This document shows positions 8,968 through 18,269 of a stretch of DNA of 64,000 nucleotides, piece after piece. The DNA comes from an uncultured bacterium (GTDB lineage: Bacteria; Verrucomicrobiota; Verrucomicrobiia; Verrucomicrobiales; DEV007): contig CAXBMO010000014.1 of NCBI GenBank assembly GCA_963977015.1, forward strand, positions 1 to 64,000, read 5' to 3'. The notes under the pieces are model-generated. The model saw nothing but the letters and a program-made list of their open reading frames with translations. It was not told the DNA's origin and searched no databases. How positions within the stretch are numbered: the stretch's first letter is position 1; the number at the start of each line of letters is the position of its first letter. Both the position numbers and the translations under genes were made by a program.

Positions 8968-10515
8968 TTAGAAATCGATCTTCGTCAGTGATCGAAGGGT
9001 GCTTCGTACTGTGCGCATGTCACGATCCGTGGAACGTTGTTGTTGGCGCAGCATCTTCAGAGTTGTCGATAGATCACCGAGACAGGAAAGCGCGTGTTTG
9101 AGGGCTTCCTTTATTTCCGTGACCTGATGACTCGCCTGATCAATTGGATCAGTTTTGGGAGTATCTGCCGAAGAAGCAGACCTGTTCCTTGGCTTTGTTG
9201 GGTGAGGTGGTTGTTGACGTTCGTTGCCATTTCGGTTTCCGCTTCGTTTGTTCATGATTTTAGGAGGGGTGGATGTTGGTTTGGCTGGCGGATTTGATTC
9301 GGGGTAGACGCCACGGATCTTGGCCACCTGCTGAGGAACTTGATCGGGAACTTCATTGCGAAGTGGCATCACAATCATGAGACCTTGCTTCCCATTGCTA
9401 AACTTCACGGGAGAGATCGGATCTCCAAGATCCATGCGATGGAAGCCGAATCGTAGTGCCTTGAGGAAATATTCCCGATTGATGCTGATGCTTAAATCCG
9501 GACCGGATTTCCGCCGAAATGGAATTCCGATTTCCTGATAGGAATCACTCTCGGTTTCCCGATAAAGGACCCCCACGGTTTCATCGCTGATCCGTAATCC
9601 GATGGGATGGTTTTGGATTTGTTTCCCAGGTAATTGACTGATTGCTTGAGCGATCGCTCCCAGATCGGCTGGATTGAACTCCAGCCGAGTCTGGAACTGA
9701 TCCGGAGAGGGAATCACCTGTGCAAAGTTAGGATAGTTCCCTTCAATGCACTTCCCGGAAAAAGTCCAGTGCGGACCGTCCAACCTGAAGACAGGAGCTT
9801 TTTTCGAGGAAGAGGCTGTTGAGGACTTGGGGTACCCAACTCTGAACTTCCAAGTTTCGGAAACTGGACCGATTGCTCTGAGACCTCTCCAACTCCACAA
9901 CTTGTGAGCGGGCAGGATGACGGGTTTCTTGAGGGCTCCACTTTCTAGGTAGGGAGCTCCAAAGCACGCCAGGTGCCGTCCATCAGTCGCCGCGAGTTGC
10001 TCATTCTCCGGATCCAGATACACCCCACGCAGCACGTAGCGTGTTTCATCCTTCGAGCTGCAGAGCATCGCTTGTAGAAGGTTTTCTTGCGCTGGTTCAT
10101 CCAACTCAACGGGTTTGATCCGAGAACTGACAGCCGGTGGTGACGGGAAATTCTTCAGTTGGAGATTGCCGCTTTTTCCTTCACGATCATCTGCGCGCAA
10201 TTCTGCCAGATCAATGACTTGTTTTGGCCGTGCAACTTTCACAATATCTTTGATCCGGCTCAAGCTGACCAGGAACGGATCGCCGGTAGTTTGAGGGGGC
10301 TGAATCTCCGCAGGAATACGGATCGTGAACCAAACGTCCAGATCCGTAGCCGTCAGACTGACTTGCCCGGATCCATTGTTCGGTGCTTCGACGCGAAGGG
10401 TCCCCAGGACCGGGAGCGAAGGTCGTCTCGACACGATTTTAGAGAGGCCTTGAAGGGCCGTCTTCAAGGCCCGTGCCTCGACCTCAATTCGATTGGGTGG
10501 TGATTTATGATTCAT
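8968..10515 (-). CDS. DNA polymerase III beta sliding-clamp homologue with C-terminal extension
   Basis: LPVLG, LTATDLD, DETRYVLRGVY, AATDGRHLA, EGNYPNF, IVMPLR motifs; about 130 extra residues ending in a coiled coil. Confidence 0.85.
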   Translation of the reverse strand: MNHKSPPNRIEVEARALKTALQGLSKIVSRRPSLPVLGTLRVEAPNNGSGQVSLTATDLDVWFTIRIPAEIQPPQTTGDPFLVSLSRIKDIVKVARPKQVIDLAELRADDREGKSGNLQLKNFPSPPAVSSRIKPVELDEPAQENLLQAMLCSSKDETRYVLRGVYLDPENEQLAATDGRHLACFGAPYLESGALKKPVILPAHKLWSWRGLRAIGPVSETWKFRVGYPKSSTASSSKKAPVFRLDGPHWTFSGKCIEGNYPNFAQVIPSPDQFQTRLEFNPADLGAIAQAISQLPGKQIQNHPIGLRISDETVGVLYRETESDSYQEIGIPFRRKSGPDLSISINREYFLKALRFGFHRMDLGDPISPVKFSNGKQGLMIVMPLRNEVPDQVPQQVAKIRGVYPESNPPAKPTSTPPKIMNKRSGNRNGNERQQPPHPTKPRNRSASSADTPKTDPIDQASHQVTEIKEALKHALSCLGDLSTTLKMLRQQQRSTDRDMRTVRSTLRSLTKIDF

Positions 10516-10556
10516 TGTAGTTTGCTGGATTTCCAGTTAAGGGTTGTTGATCTTGT

Positions 10557-11174
10557 TTATTGATACTCATCAAAGCCATTGTGGTGGTTTGGGTAGCCGG
10601 GGTGTTGAGATGGGTGGCGTTGCTGATGGAATCGTGATCGATTCCGGTAACGCCGAACGAGATAAACGGTTAGGAAGATGACACCGACGGTCACGACAAT
10701 GGGAGGAAGGCTGTGGACGATTCTTCCAATGTCATCGGAGAGAACGCTGACTTGACCTGTCCAACCTGCTAACCCGGTCATGACCGCAGCCACGGCTGGC
10801 ACAACCGTGAAGGCAGAAATGGTCAAGAAGACCGCGATCCAGATGTTCAGTCTGAGCCAAGCTCGGAGCCAACCACTGGGACTCAACCAGTGTTCGGAGC
10901 AACCTAACCAGTAGAGAATGGCCTCAACGCCACGTTGCGGCCACGCCAGAGATTGGAACTCCTGGTCGAGAGCCGGACGTTGAATGGGGTGAGGATTCCA
11001 GAGGCCGAGATCAGAACGACCTGAATCATGGGAGGGTGACTGCGAGCCTCGACTTGGACTGGTTGCGTCTCCCTCGATTGATTCTTCCGGGTTGTCGGAA
11101 GCTTCCGAATCATTGTCTGTTGCTTCCTCCTCGCCCAGTTCTCCAATTGCATGGAAAGGGCTATGCGAGCTCAT
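10557..11174 (-). CDS. Hypothetical membrane protein
   Basis: Acidic N-terminus, two hydrophobic segments; overlaps upstream ORF. Confidence 0.65.
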   Translation of the reverse strand: MSSHSPFHAIGELGEEEATDNDSEASDNPEESIEGDATSPSRGSQSPSHDSGRSDLGLWNPHPIQRPALDQEFQSLAWPQRGVEAILYWLGCSEHWLSPSGWLRAWLRLNIWIAVFLTISAFTVVPAVAAVMTGLAGWTGQVSVLSDDIGRIVHSLPPIVVTVGVIFLTVYLVRRYRNRSRFHQQRHPSQHPGYPNHHNGFDEYQ

Positions 11175-11550
11175 TTTGCTGGGTTTCCTTTCGGGCCGAA
11201 CTGCCGGCCGCCGCTCCTAAAAAGAGCATCAACCCGGCAAAGACGATGAGGAACGCCGAAGAACTTCTCCACAGGGAACGCCCCCGCTCAATTTGTTCCT
11301 TTTCAGCACGCTCTTTGGCAATCGTGCTTTCGGCATACTCCACCCGCCGCTCTGTTACGGCATGAATCGCTTCCAACTCATTCTTTGCCTGAACGGCTTC
11401 TCGGTATTGGCTAACCGGGACATAGTTGCGAAGTTCTGGTGAGTGTGTCGATGAGTCTTTGGATGGCTCGCAACTTGTGACGGCAAGGCCGGTGAAGGCG
11501 AGGCTGCGGGCGATCCACAGTTGGCGTTTCGATGGTGATGTTGATTTCAT
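11161..11550 (-). CDS. Hypothetical lipoprotein with coiled coil and C-terminal TM
   Basis: Lipobox-like AVTSC, coiled coil, hydrophobic AFLIVFAGLMLFLGA. Confidence 0.6.
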   Translation of the reverse strand: MKSTSPSKRQLWIARSLAFTGLAVTSCEPSKDSSTHSPELRNYVPVSQYREAVQAKNELEAIHAVTERRVEYAESTIAKERAEKEQIERGRSLWRSSSAFLIVFAGLMLFLGAAAGSSARKETQQNELA

Positions 11551-11594
11551 GAAGAAATTAGGTGTTAGGTTTAGCTTTCAATGGTGGTGATGGG

Positions 11595-11852
11595 TTACTG
11601 GACGTGGCGCGTTTTCATTTGTTGGTTGGCTTGTTGCCAGCCCGGAGTATTCCTGAGAGCCTGTTGAAGCAGCTGATCCACCAGGCGTGTCATTGGTATT
11701 TGCTGTCGCTTGGCTTCGTGATAGAGCACACAGATCAGGAAACGAGAGATTCTCGGAGTGTAGTGACGTTGGTTGTTGGTCTTCGAATGAGATTTCATTT
11801 TGAGGATTGCAGTTGAGATTGATGGATTTGCTGAGGCGCCCGTACACGACAA
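11595..11852 (-). CDS. Small ribbon-helix-helix-like protein
   Basis: HYTPRISRFLICVLYHEAKRQQIPMTRLVDQLLQQAL; first gene of the leftward operon; true start may be 11798. Confidence 0.6.
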   Translation of the reverse strand: MSCTGASANPSISTAILKMKSHSKTNNQRHYTPRISRFLICVLYHEAKRQQIPMTRLVDQLLQQALRNTPGWQQANQQMKTRHVQ

Positions 11853-12082
11853 AGCCCGGAAACGCAGAAAGGCGCATTACCGGGCTCATGGAGTCGTCGA
11901 GTAGATTGATTGGGTAGGCTCAGGTTGAGAGACCTAAGCTACGCCTAGCAATATTATATGACGCGGAATTGGAGATTATTGCGACGCCCTCCTCGCTTGA
12001 GGAGGCAAAGGGCCCTGGGCGCTGAAAGAGCAGCTATTGCACAACGGAAACAAATGGACGCGGCTTGAGAACGTCTACTCGC

Positions 12083-12877
12083 CTATTGTTGAGGAGCATG
12101 TATGAGACCTGAGCTTATTGGGAATACCTCTTCAGCTTTTTCGTCTGAATAGCGAATTCTGACGGAGATGAATCTTGAGTCTTGCTCCAAGGCAATCAGA
12201 AGATCGATCAGATGCTTTGCCAAAAATGTTCGTCCTCGCTCCCGAACGGAGAGTGTCTCTGCTTTGATGAGCGCTGCTTCAGCGAGGCGGTCTGAAAGTT
12301 TCTGTTCCAACTCTTTCAAGTCAGCATCTCCACGAAAAAGCTCAGCTTTGATGGTTGAGATCACCTCATTGGTGTTGAAGGCGACGGGTAACTCAGGTTG
12401 CGGAGGGGGAGCTACGACGACCAACTCAAGACCTTTGATTGACGTTTCCGTTGTGATTGCCACCTCGCTCATCTTCACGAAAAAGCGGTAAGTAGCAGGG
12501 ACTTGAATCCTGCTGATGGCCGTCGTCCCGGGAAAGGGGGCTCCCGCGAATGTTCTCCACGTCTTTCTGTTCCAAGTCTGGACGACTCTGATCGTATCAA
12601 TCTCGAGGTTGCCTGGGGATTCGAGTTGAAGCTCGCTGACAACAGATTCAACGGGAAATCTATCGAGGTCTCGGCCCATCCAAATGGCAATCATCGATCC
12701 GATCGCAAGAACAAAACTAACCCATAAAATGGGGCGCCGTTTGGCTGGTTCATGAGAGAGTGCAGAGGATTTAAAATCAGAGGACGCTTCTCCGCAGTGC
12801 GGACAGGTCACAGGAGCGCTTTCAAAACCGCTATCGCTCTCCAATTGGCCTCCACAGTTTGGGCAAATGAGTTCCAT
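12083..12877 (-). CDS. Zinc-ribbon + TM + DUF4230-like protein
   Basis: CPNC...CPHC, TM helix, then RIQVPATYRFFV...LVVVAPPP region. Confidence 0.6.
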   Translation of the reverse strand: MELICPNCGGQLESDSGFESAPVTCPHCGEASSDFKSSALSHEPAKRRPILWVSFVLAIGSMIAIWMGRDLDRFPVESVVSELQLESPGNLEIDTIRVVQTWNRKTWRTFAGAPFPGTTAISRIQVPATYRFFVKMSEVAITTETSIKGLELVVVAPPPQPELPVAFNTNEVISTIKAELFRGDADLKELEQKLSDRLAEAALIKAETLSVRERGRTFLAKHLIDLLIALEQDSRFISVRIRYSDEKAEEVFPISSGLIHAPQQ

Positions 12878-12915
12878 GATGTTCCCCTTAGGGAACCAAG
12901 AAAGGGCAATAATGA

Positions 12916-13227
12916 GTGAAGGTCAAGTTCCCAGTTGGGAACTTTATGGCGAAACGCTTCCGAAATGCAATTGGCCCTCAGATGCGGAAGTTGCGATTTA
13001 ATCGCGATTGGACGCAGGATCAGCTTGCCGCGAAGCTTCAACTGGCAGGATTGGAGTTCGATCGAGTAGCTGTCGCAAAAATTGAGAGTCAGATTCGCAG
13101 CGTCTACGATTTTGAACTTGTGGTCATCGCACAGGTGTTAGGGGTGGCATTAGTGGACCTGTTGCCGAGTTTCAGTGAACTCGACTCAGATCTAAGCGAT
13201 CTGGTTGCCGGAAGGCAGAAATCCTAA
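12916..13227 (+). CDS. XRE-family HTH regulator
   Basis: IGPQMRKLR..WTQDQLAAKL...VAKIESQIRSVYDFEL; likely start 12946. Confidence 0.85.
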   Translation: MKVKFPVGNFMAKRFRNAIGPQMRKLRFNRDWTQDQLAAKLQLAGLEFDRVAVAKIESQIRSVYDFELVVIAQVLGVALVDLLPSFSELDSDLSDLVAGRQKS

Positions 13228-13491
13228 GCGGGTGCTATCGGAGGCCTCTGACTTCGTTGGGTAGATGAAGTTTTGGGCGCAGAAATTCAGTTCATCGTTG
13301 GTTCTGTGGCGCTTACTTTTGAGTTCATGAGACTCTTGTCGACAAATTGCTGTATGGCACCGGGCGCCCTGTCAACCGTTGCCGAACAGCCTGCAGTTGA
13401 TGAGATCGTGGATCGATGCGGCAACAACCGGTCTGGAGATAGACAGCGGGACAGAACCAGGTTCCGGTGGATTGGCTTTGGAGTTGCGCAT

Positions 13492-13620
13492 CTACACCCT
13501 GATCGTGTTGTCCTCCGAGCCCGACACCAGGCGGCTGCCATCCGGGCTCCGCGCTACCCTCGTCACACTTTCGGAGTGCCCCCCAAGGCTGGAAGATTTT
13601 TCTGCTTTGGGCATCCTACA
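13492..13620 (-). pseudogene. Single WD40 repeat relic
   Basis: Minus strand GGHSESVTRVARSPDGSRLVSGSEDNTIRV followed by a stop. Confidence 0.7.
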
Positions 13621-13621
13621 T

Positions 13622-13730
13622 CTTGATCGCGAGGCTCAAGTTGTGCTGGAGGACTGGAGATGCGAATATAACGATCAGCGGCCGCACAGCTCACTGGTAT
13701 ACCTCACACCTTCAGAGTGTGCGGCGAGCT
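13622..13730 (+). pseudogene. IS3-family transposase C-terminal relic
   Basis: EAQVVLEDWRCEYNDQRPHSSLVYLTPSE matches the YN..RPHSSL..LTP motif. Confidence 0.8.
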
Positions 13731-13836
13731 GCAGAATTACGTTCCTGGCTACGCCCTGCGCTCCAACTGGATTGCGTGAAAAAAACAAACGCACACTTTC
13801 AAATCCGGCCGTTTTAGGCCAAAGTCGCGATAACAA

Positions 13837-15063
13837 ATGTCCGGTGAGACTTCGACAGTTCTGACTCCGTCCATCAGCGAGCTTCAAGAGGATGTAGTTG
13901 CTGGGATTCGTCTGGTCCGAGAACTTGCGTTGAGGGGCGTGAGTCTGGTTCAGGAGGAGCAAGCCGAGGAGTGGAAAGACTGTGCATCGAGCTGCGATCA
14001 GGCGATTCAGAATGTTACGAACCTTGAACTGCGGGCGGCAATTGTTGCGCCCATGTCGGCAGGAAAGTCCACAATCATCAACGCCATCGTTGGGGAGAGT
14101 GTTCTTCCTGTTCGCAATTCTGCCATGACTTGTGTTCCGACGGCCATCCGGTTTAGTGGCGATTCAGAGCCGCGCATCAAGCTTCCGGAGGCCTTGCAAA
14201 AGGATGCTGACAGTCTTTCGGCCTGGATCAGGGGCCAGCCCAGACGGATCGTCAACGGTTCAGCGAGGTAGTGGAGAGACGCCCTGAACTCTCCGAGGTA
14301 TTGAACCGAGCAGTTTCCGGGGAACTCACAATCCCGGCTGAGGTATCCGGAGCAGCGATCCAGTCCGTTCTAATGACTGTGAACGACTTGTTTCGGTTAG
14401 CCCGGTTGGCTGAGGCCCCAACTTCCGGGGAAGTCCATACGCAGTCTGATTGTCTGCCAGAGATTGTTGTTCCCAGGAGGCCCCGGATTTTCCCGCCCGG
14501 AAGGCTTTCATTTAGTGAACTCCTTCTTATCGACACTCCTGGTCCCAATGAAGCCGGGGCCGGCCTTACTTCAGTGGTAAACGATGTCCTCTCAAAGGCC
14601 AATATGGTGATCGTGGTCCTCGATTACACTCAACTCAGCAATCAGGCGGCAGAAGAGATGAGCCTCAGGATCCGGGAATTTGTGAATCTGGTCGGCTCAC
14701 AAAACCTTCTGGTTCTGGTGAACAAGATCGACCAGCGTCGAAGGGGGGATCGCAAGCTTGAGCGTTTGGGTGATGTCGTTAAGAAGGACCTCGAAATCAG
14801 TGACAGTGATTTGGAAAACCGCCTCTTCACTGTTTCGGCACGCTGGGCCATGGTATCCGACCGATATCTCACTGTTACTGCTACCCCGCATGGGGCTGAC
14901 GAGGAAGCTATCCAGGTTGCAAGATCGGATCTCCTCGAAGAAGACCCTTTCTCGGATCCAGAAGATGCAATCCCTGATGAGGGAGCTTGCGGAGTTGAGT
15001 CCGGAAGGCGAGGAAGCTGGTGCCCTTGCTGAGTGGATTGGGCTCCACACACACGCTGACTAA
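13837..15063 (+). pseudogene. Dynamin-like GTPase, frameshifted and truncated
   Basis: G1 APMSAGKST and G2 AMT in 13837-14271; G3 DTPG and G4 NKID in 14271-15032 in another frame; no C-terminal helical region. Confidence 0.8.
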
Positions 15064-15157
15064 TGGTCTGGAGCGTTTTGGATCGTTCAATTGCCAATCA
15101 AGCTGATCCCCCAATCGAGATTGACACTTTACCGCCTGACGTGGAAGCATCACTTCA

Positions 15158-15810
15158 GTGAATGCAGAAGGCTTTGAACAAGAAATTGGGGATCTACTTC
15201 GTAGGCGTTTTCCGTTTGCCGTTCTGTCGCGGGTCCCGGCATTCCGAGCCGATACCGACGAAACCTGGCTTTGGGCAAATGAAATTGACCACCTTATTCA
15301 CCTGAGAATTGAGAGGCGTGATAGCCTCATCCTTGTCGAATGTAAGAACCAACCGTTGACGGGTGAGGATGGAAAGAATCCTCCGAAGTCAGGTCATCAT
15401 AGGTGGTTCGTCAACTATGGTGGGCGAGAGTTGTGTGACGTAAGAGCGCAGATGAGAGTCCGCGTTTCCGCCCTGATGCAGTTTCTTGATCTCAGCTTTG
15501 AAACTGATCCTCTAATCAAGTGTTGGGTCGTCCACACAGGAGCATCTGAAGACCTTCGTTCATCCGATCCAACAGGGCTAGACTTCGCGGCGCTGAACCA
15601 AAGAAGTTTTGAGGCATGGATGCATAACGGTCCTGAAGACGCTTTACCGGTCGCTGCAAATCGGTCGCCATTTCTTTCTTGCTTGCTACAAGGGATGGAA
15701 CGGGTCGAATCACCGACTCCTCCGCTCCTTGATGCGTTGCAGTACATTGCGCGGGCTCGAAGGTCGATTGATCGAGAGCTCTTCCTGCATTTTAACAATT
15801 GGTTCAAAAC
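15158..15810 (+). pseudogene. NERD/PD-(D/E)XK nuclease-domain gene, 3'-truncated
   Basis: GFEQEI...NEIDHL...ILVECKN; the ORF beyond about 15810 is antisense to the methyltransferase. Confidence 0.6.
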
Positions 15811-16204
15811 CAGGGACGTTCTCCATCGTGACAAGTTCCGGCCTTATCTGATTAGCAATGCGGCCAAAGTGATCCAACAAATTCCAACCACGATGCTTTT
15901 CCTTTCCGTTGGTATATTTCGAAAAAGGCTGACAGGGAGCGCAGCCCGCCAGTAGCCTAATCTTTCCCGGCTGGAACAGCTTCTCGATGCTTCTGTAGGT
16001 CTTTTTGCCCAAATCCAAGCAGAGGTACTCGGAACCGGGATTGTTCGTTCTGAACGCGAACTCAGCATCTGGGTCAATGTCGATTCCTGCCTCGACCTTT
16101 ATACCCGCCTTACGGAGACCAAACGCGAGCCCGCCAGCACCGGAGAATAGGTCCACAGCGCTAATTTTTGGTGATTGATCCGACTTGGGGTGACTCGTTG
16201 ACAT
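15805..16204 (-). pseudogene. C5 cytosine DNA methyltransferase, truncated after motif VI
   Basis: DLFSGAGG (I), GCAPCQPFS (IV), MENVPG (VI); recognisable motifs end there. Confidence 0.85.
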
Positions 16205-16376
16205 GCTATGGCCGTGACGATCCTCGAGAACAAAACACTTTTCAAGTCTCATTAGGACCAATGGTCTTGTGGGAATTGACCGATTGAAGTCACCAGCGAC
16301 AAAAGTGACCATGATCATAAACGTCGAAACAAAAATGCGACTTTCGATTTCTCGGAAGTTGCTGATTGTAAGACGA

Positions 16377-16430
16377 GTGGGCAGAAGTGGATTCGAACCT
16401 CTGAAGGCATAGCCAGCAGATTTACAGTCT
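16377..16430 (-). mobile_element. tRNA-Tyr(GTA) 3' fragment, att site of an integrative element
   Basis: Minus strand AGACTGTAAATCTGCTGGCTATGCCTTCAGAGGTTCGAATCCACTTCTGCCCAC: anticodon loop, long variable arm, T loop, acceptor 3' strand; 5' half absent; 115 bp from integrase. Confidence 0.9.
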
Positions 16431-16545
16431 TCGCATCTGGAGTTCCAATACGTTCACATTTGTTCCAAATCGTTCTGGCTTCAAGATCATAATTTGCTTA
16501 TTTAAAACAAGTTATGAAGCATTTGTTAAGAACACTTAAGAACAC

Positions 16546-17862
16546 ATGAGCTCAGTTCAGGCAAACATTAAATGCCCAGCCAGTGCCCAGCCGCAGAAAC
16601 GCAAGACGGTAGGAATCCCTCGAACGAATTCGGCCTACTGGAGAGACCGCGTGGAGAAAGTCACTTGCCGCAATGGTGACGAGAGCCCCTGCTATTCAGT
16701 TAGGATCGTATACCAAAAGAAAAGGGTTCGATTTCCCCTCGATACCGCGAACAAGGAAGCCGCAGCATCAAAGTCGGCCAAGATCTTCCAATTCTTGATC
16801 GAGAACGGATGGGAGGATACCCTTGAAGAATTCAAGCCCCAAACCGTCGGCAAAGAAGCAAAGCTTTACAAGGGTGACACAGTCGGAGCCCTGATTGAAG
16901 CGGCCTCTCGACTTTCAACCGCGCGCCCCCAATCAAAGGATGCATACACGAAAGCCTTTCGGCGGGTGGTTGCCGGAGTTATGAGAATAGAGGATGGGAA
17001 GAAATTTGACGGATTGAAAGGCGGCACGAAGGCGTGGCAGGCGGCGGTGGATGCGGTGCAACTGAGCGAGATCACTCCTGCAAAGGTCACTGGCTGGAAA
17101 AACCTCTACCTCGAAGATGCGAACCAAAATGGGTCAAAGTTCCAAAGCGCGAAAACGACGGTGAACAGCCTGATTCGAAACGCGAAGGCGTTGTTCTCGC
17201 GGAAATTGCTCCCGTTTCTTGAAAAAGAGATCAAGTTGCCAGATCCCCTTCCATTTGAGCAGGTGGCGATGGAAAAATCCGCTTCGATGCGTTACCACAG
17301 CAAAATTGACGCGACTGCTATCATTCAGGCGGCCATGGGTGAACTTCGCGATTCCGATCCGGAGGTCTTGAAGGTGCTGACTTTGGCTTGCATCTGCGGT
17401 CTCAGAATCAGCGAAATTGACTATCTTTTGTGGGACGCGTTTGATCTCGATCGCGGGGTTCTTCGAGTGGAAACAACCGAGTATCACGAATTGAAGTCCG
17501 CAGATTCATCTGGCGAGATTGATTTGAATGAGCAGATGGTTGCTTTGTTTCGGGATTTTAGGGCCGACTCAGCGGGCGATTTCGTAGTTGAGTCCGAAAG
17601 AAGCACTACAAAGCGGCCAGGCTCTCGGCACTATCGTTGTGATTCCGTGTTTGTTCGCCTAAGAAACTGGCTTCGGTGGAAAGGAGTAAAGGCCAAGAAG
17701 CCCATTCATGAACTGCGAAAGGAAGTAGGCAGCATCATCGCGAGTGAGCACGGAATATTTGAGGCGTCGCGCTACCTTCGGCATAGTGACATTCGCATTA
17801 CGGCTGCGATCTACGTTGACAAGAAGCAGAGAATTACTCCGTCTCTCAAGCTCGACGTTTGA
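16546..17862 (+). CDS. Tyrosine recombinase/integrase
   Basis: CGLRISE (R), IHELRK (HxxR), LRHSD (H), AIYV (Y). Confidence 0.93.
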   Translation: MSSVQANIKCPASAQPQKRKTVGIPRTNSAYWRDRVEKVTCRNGDESPCYSVRIVYQKKRVRFPLDTANKEAAASKSAKIFQFLIENGWEDTLEEFKPQTVGKEAKLYKGDTVGALIEAASRLSTARPQSKDAYTKAFRRVVAGVMRIEDGKKFDGLKGGTKAWQAAVDAVQLSEITPAKVTGWKNLYLEDANQNGSKFQSAKTTVNSLIRNAKALFSRKLLPFLEKEIKLPDPLPFEQVAMEKSASMRYHSKIDATAIIQAAMGELRDSDPEVLKVLTLACICGLRISEIDYLLWDAFDLDRGVLRVETTEYHELKSADSSGEIDLNEQMVALFRDFRADSAGDFVVESERSTTKRPGSRHYRCDSVFVRLRNWLRWKGVKAKKPIHELRKEVGSIIASEHGIFEASRYLRHSDIRITAAIYVDKKQRITPSLKLDV

Positions 17863-17897
17863 TCCATTCCTACGGATGATGGTCTTAGGAAATCCCG

Positions 17898-18026
17898 TTA
17901 CTTCTGAATCGAATTCCGCCTTAGGCGCAAAGCATTGCCGACCACCGATACTGAGCTGAAACTTGTCGCTGCACCTGTGATCATAGGGCTCAACAAGATT
18001 TGGAAGAATGGATACAGGACTACTCC
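17898..18026 (-). pseudogene. 3' relic of a second Cu P-type ATPase gene
   Basis: [31 protein letters not shown] closely parallels the C-terminus of 20080-22383. Confidence 0.85.
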
Positions 18027-18269
18027 AAGATCAAGGCCGGAAGTTACCAAACAGCGGATGATTTGCCGAAAGACGCGAAGCGGATCGGCGCGGAAATCTG
18101 GATTCGCGCCTTGGAATTGCCCGCAGAGTGGATTGGGAAAACCGGGGGCCAACCAATTGCGCCTTCACCTCGATGAGGGCGAGCGCCGCAAAGCTGTCCG
18201 CGTAGATCGGGGGCAGTTTGGCTGTTAGATTGCCAAGCATCTATTGGGTGCAATATTTACAAAAAGCAA

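Noticed and set aside
3686-13227. Complete prophage or conjugative element
   Set aside because: No capsid, terminase, tail, relaxase or T4SS genes recognisable in the window.
16377-16430. Functional tRNA-Tyr
   Set aside because: 5' half and D arm missing, T-stem mismatch, no CCA; treated as att remnant.
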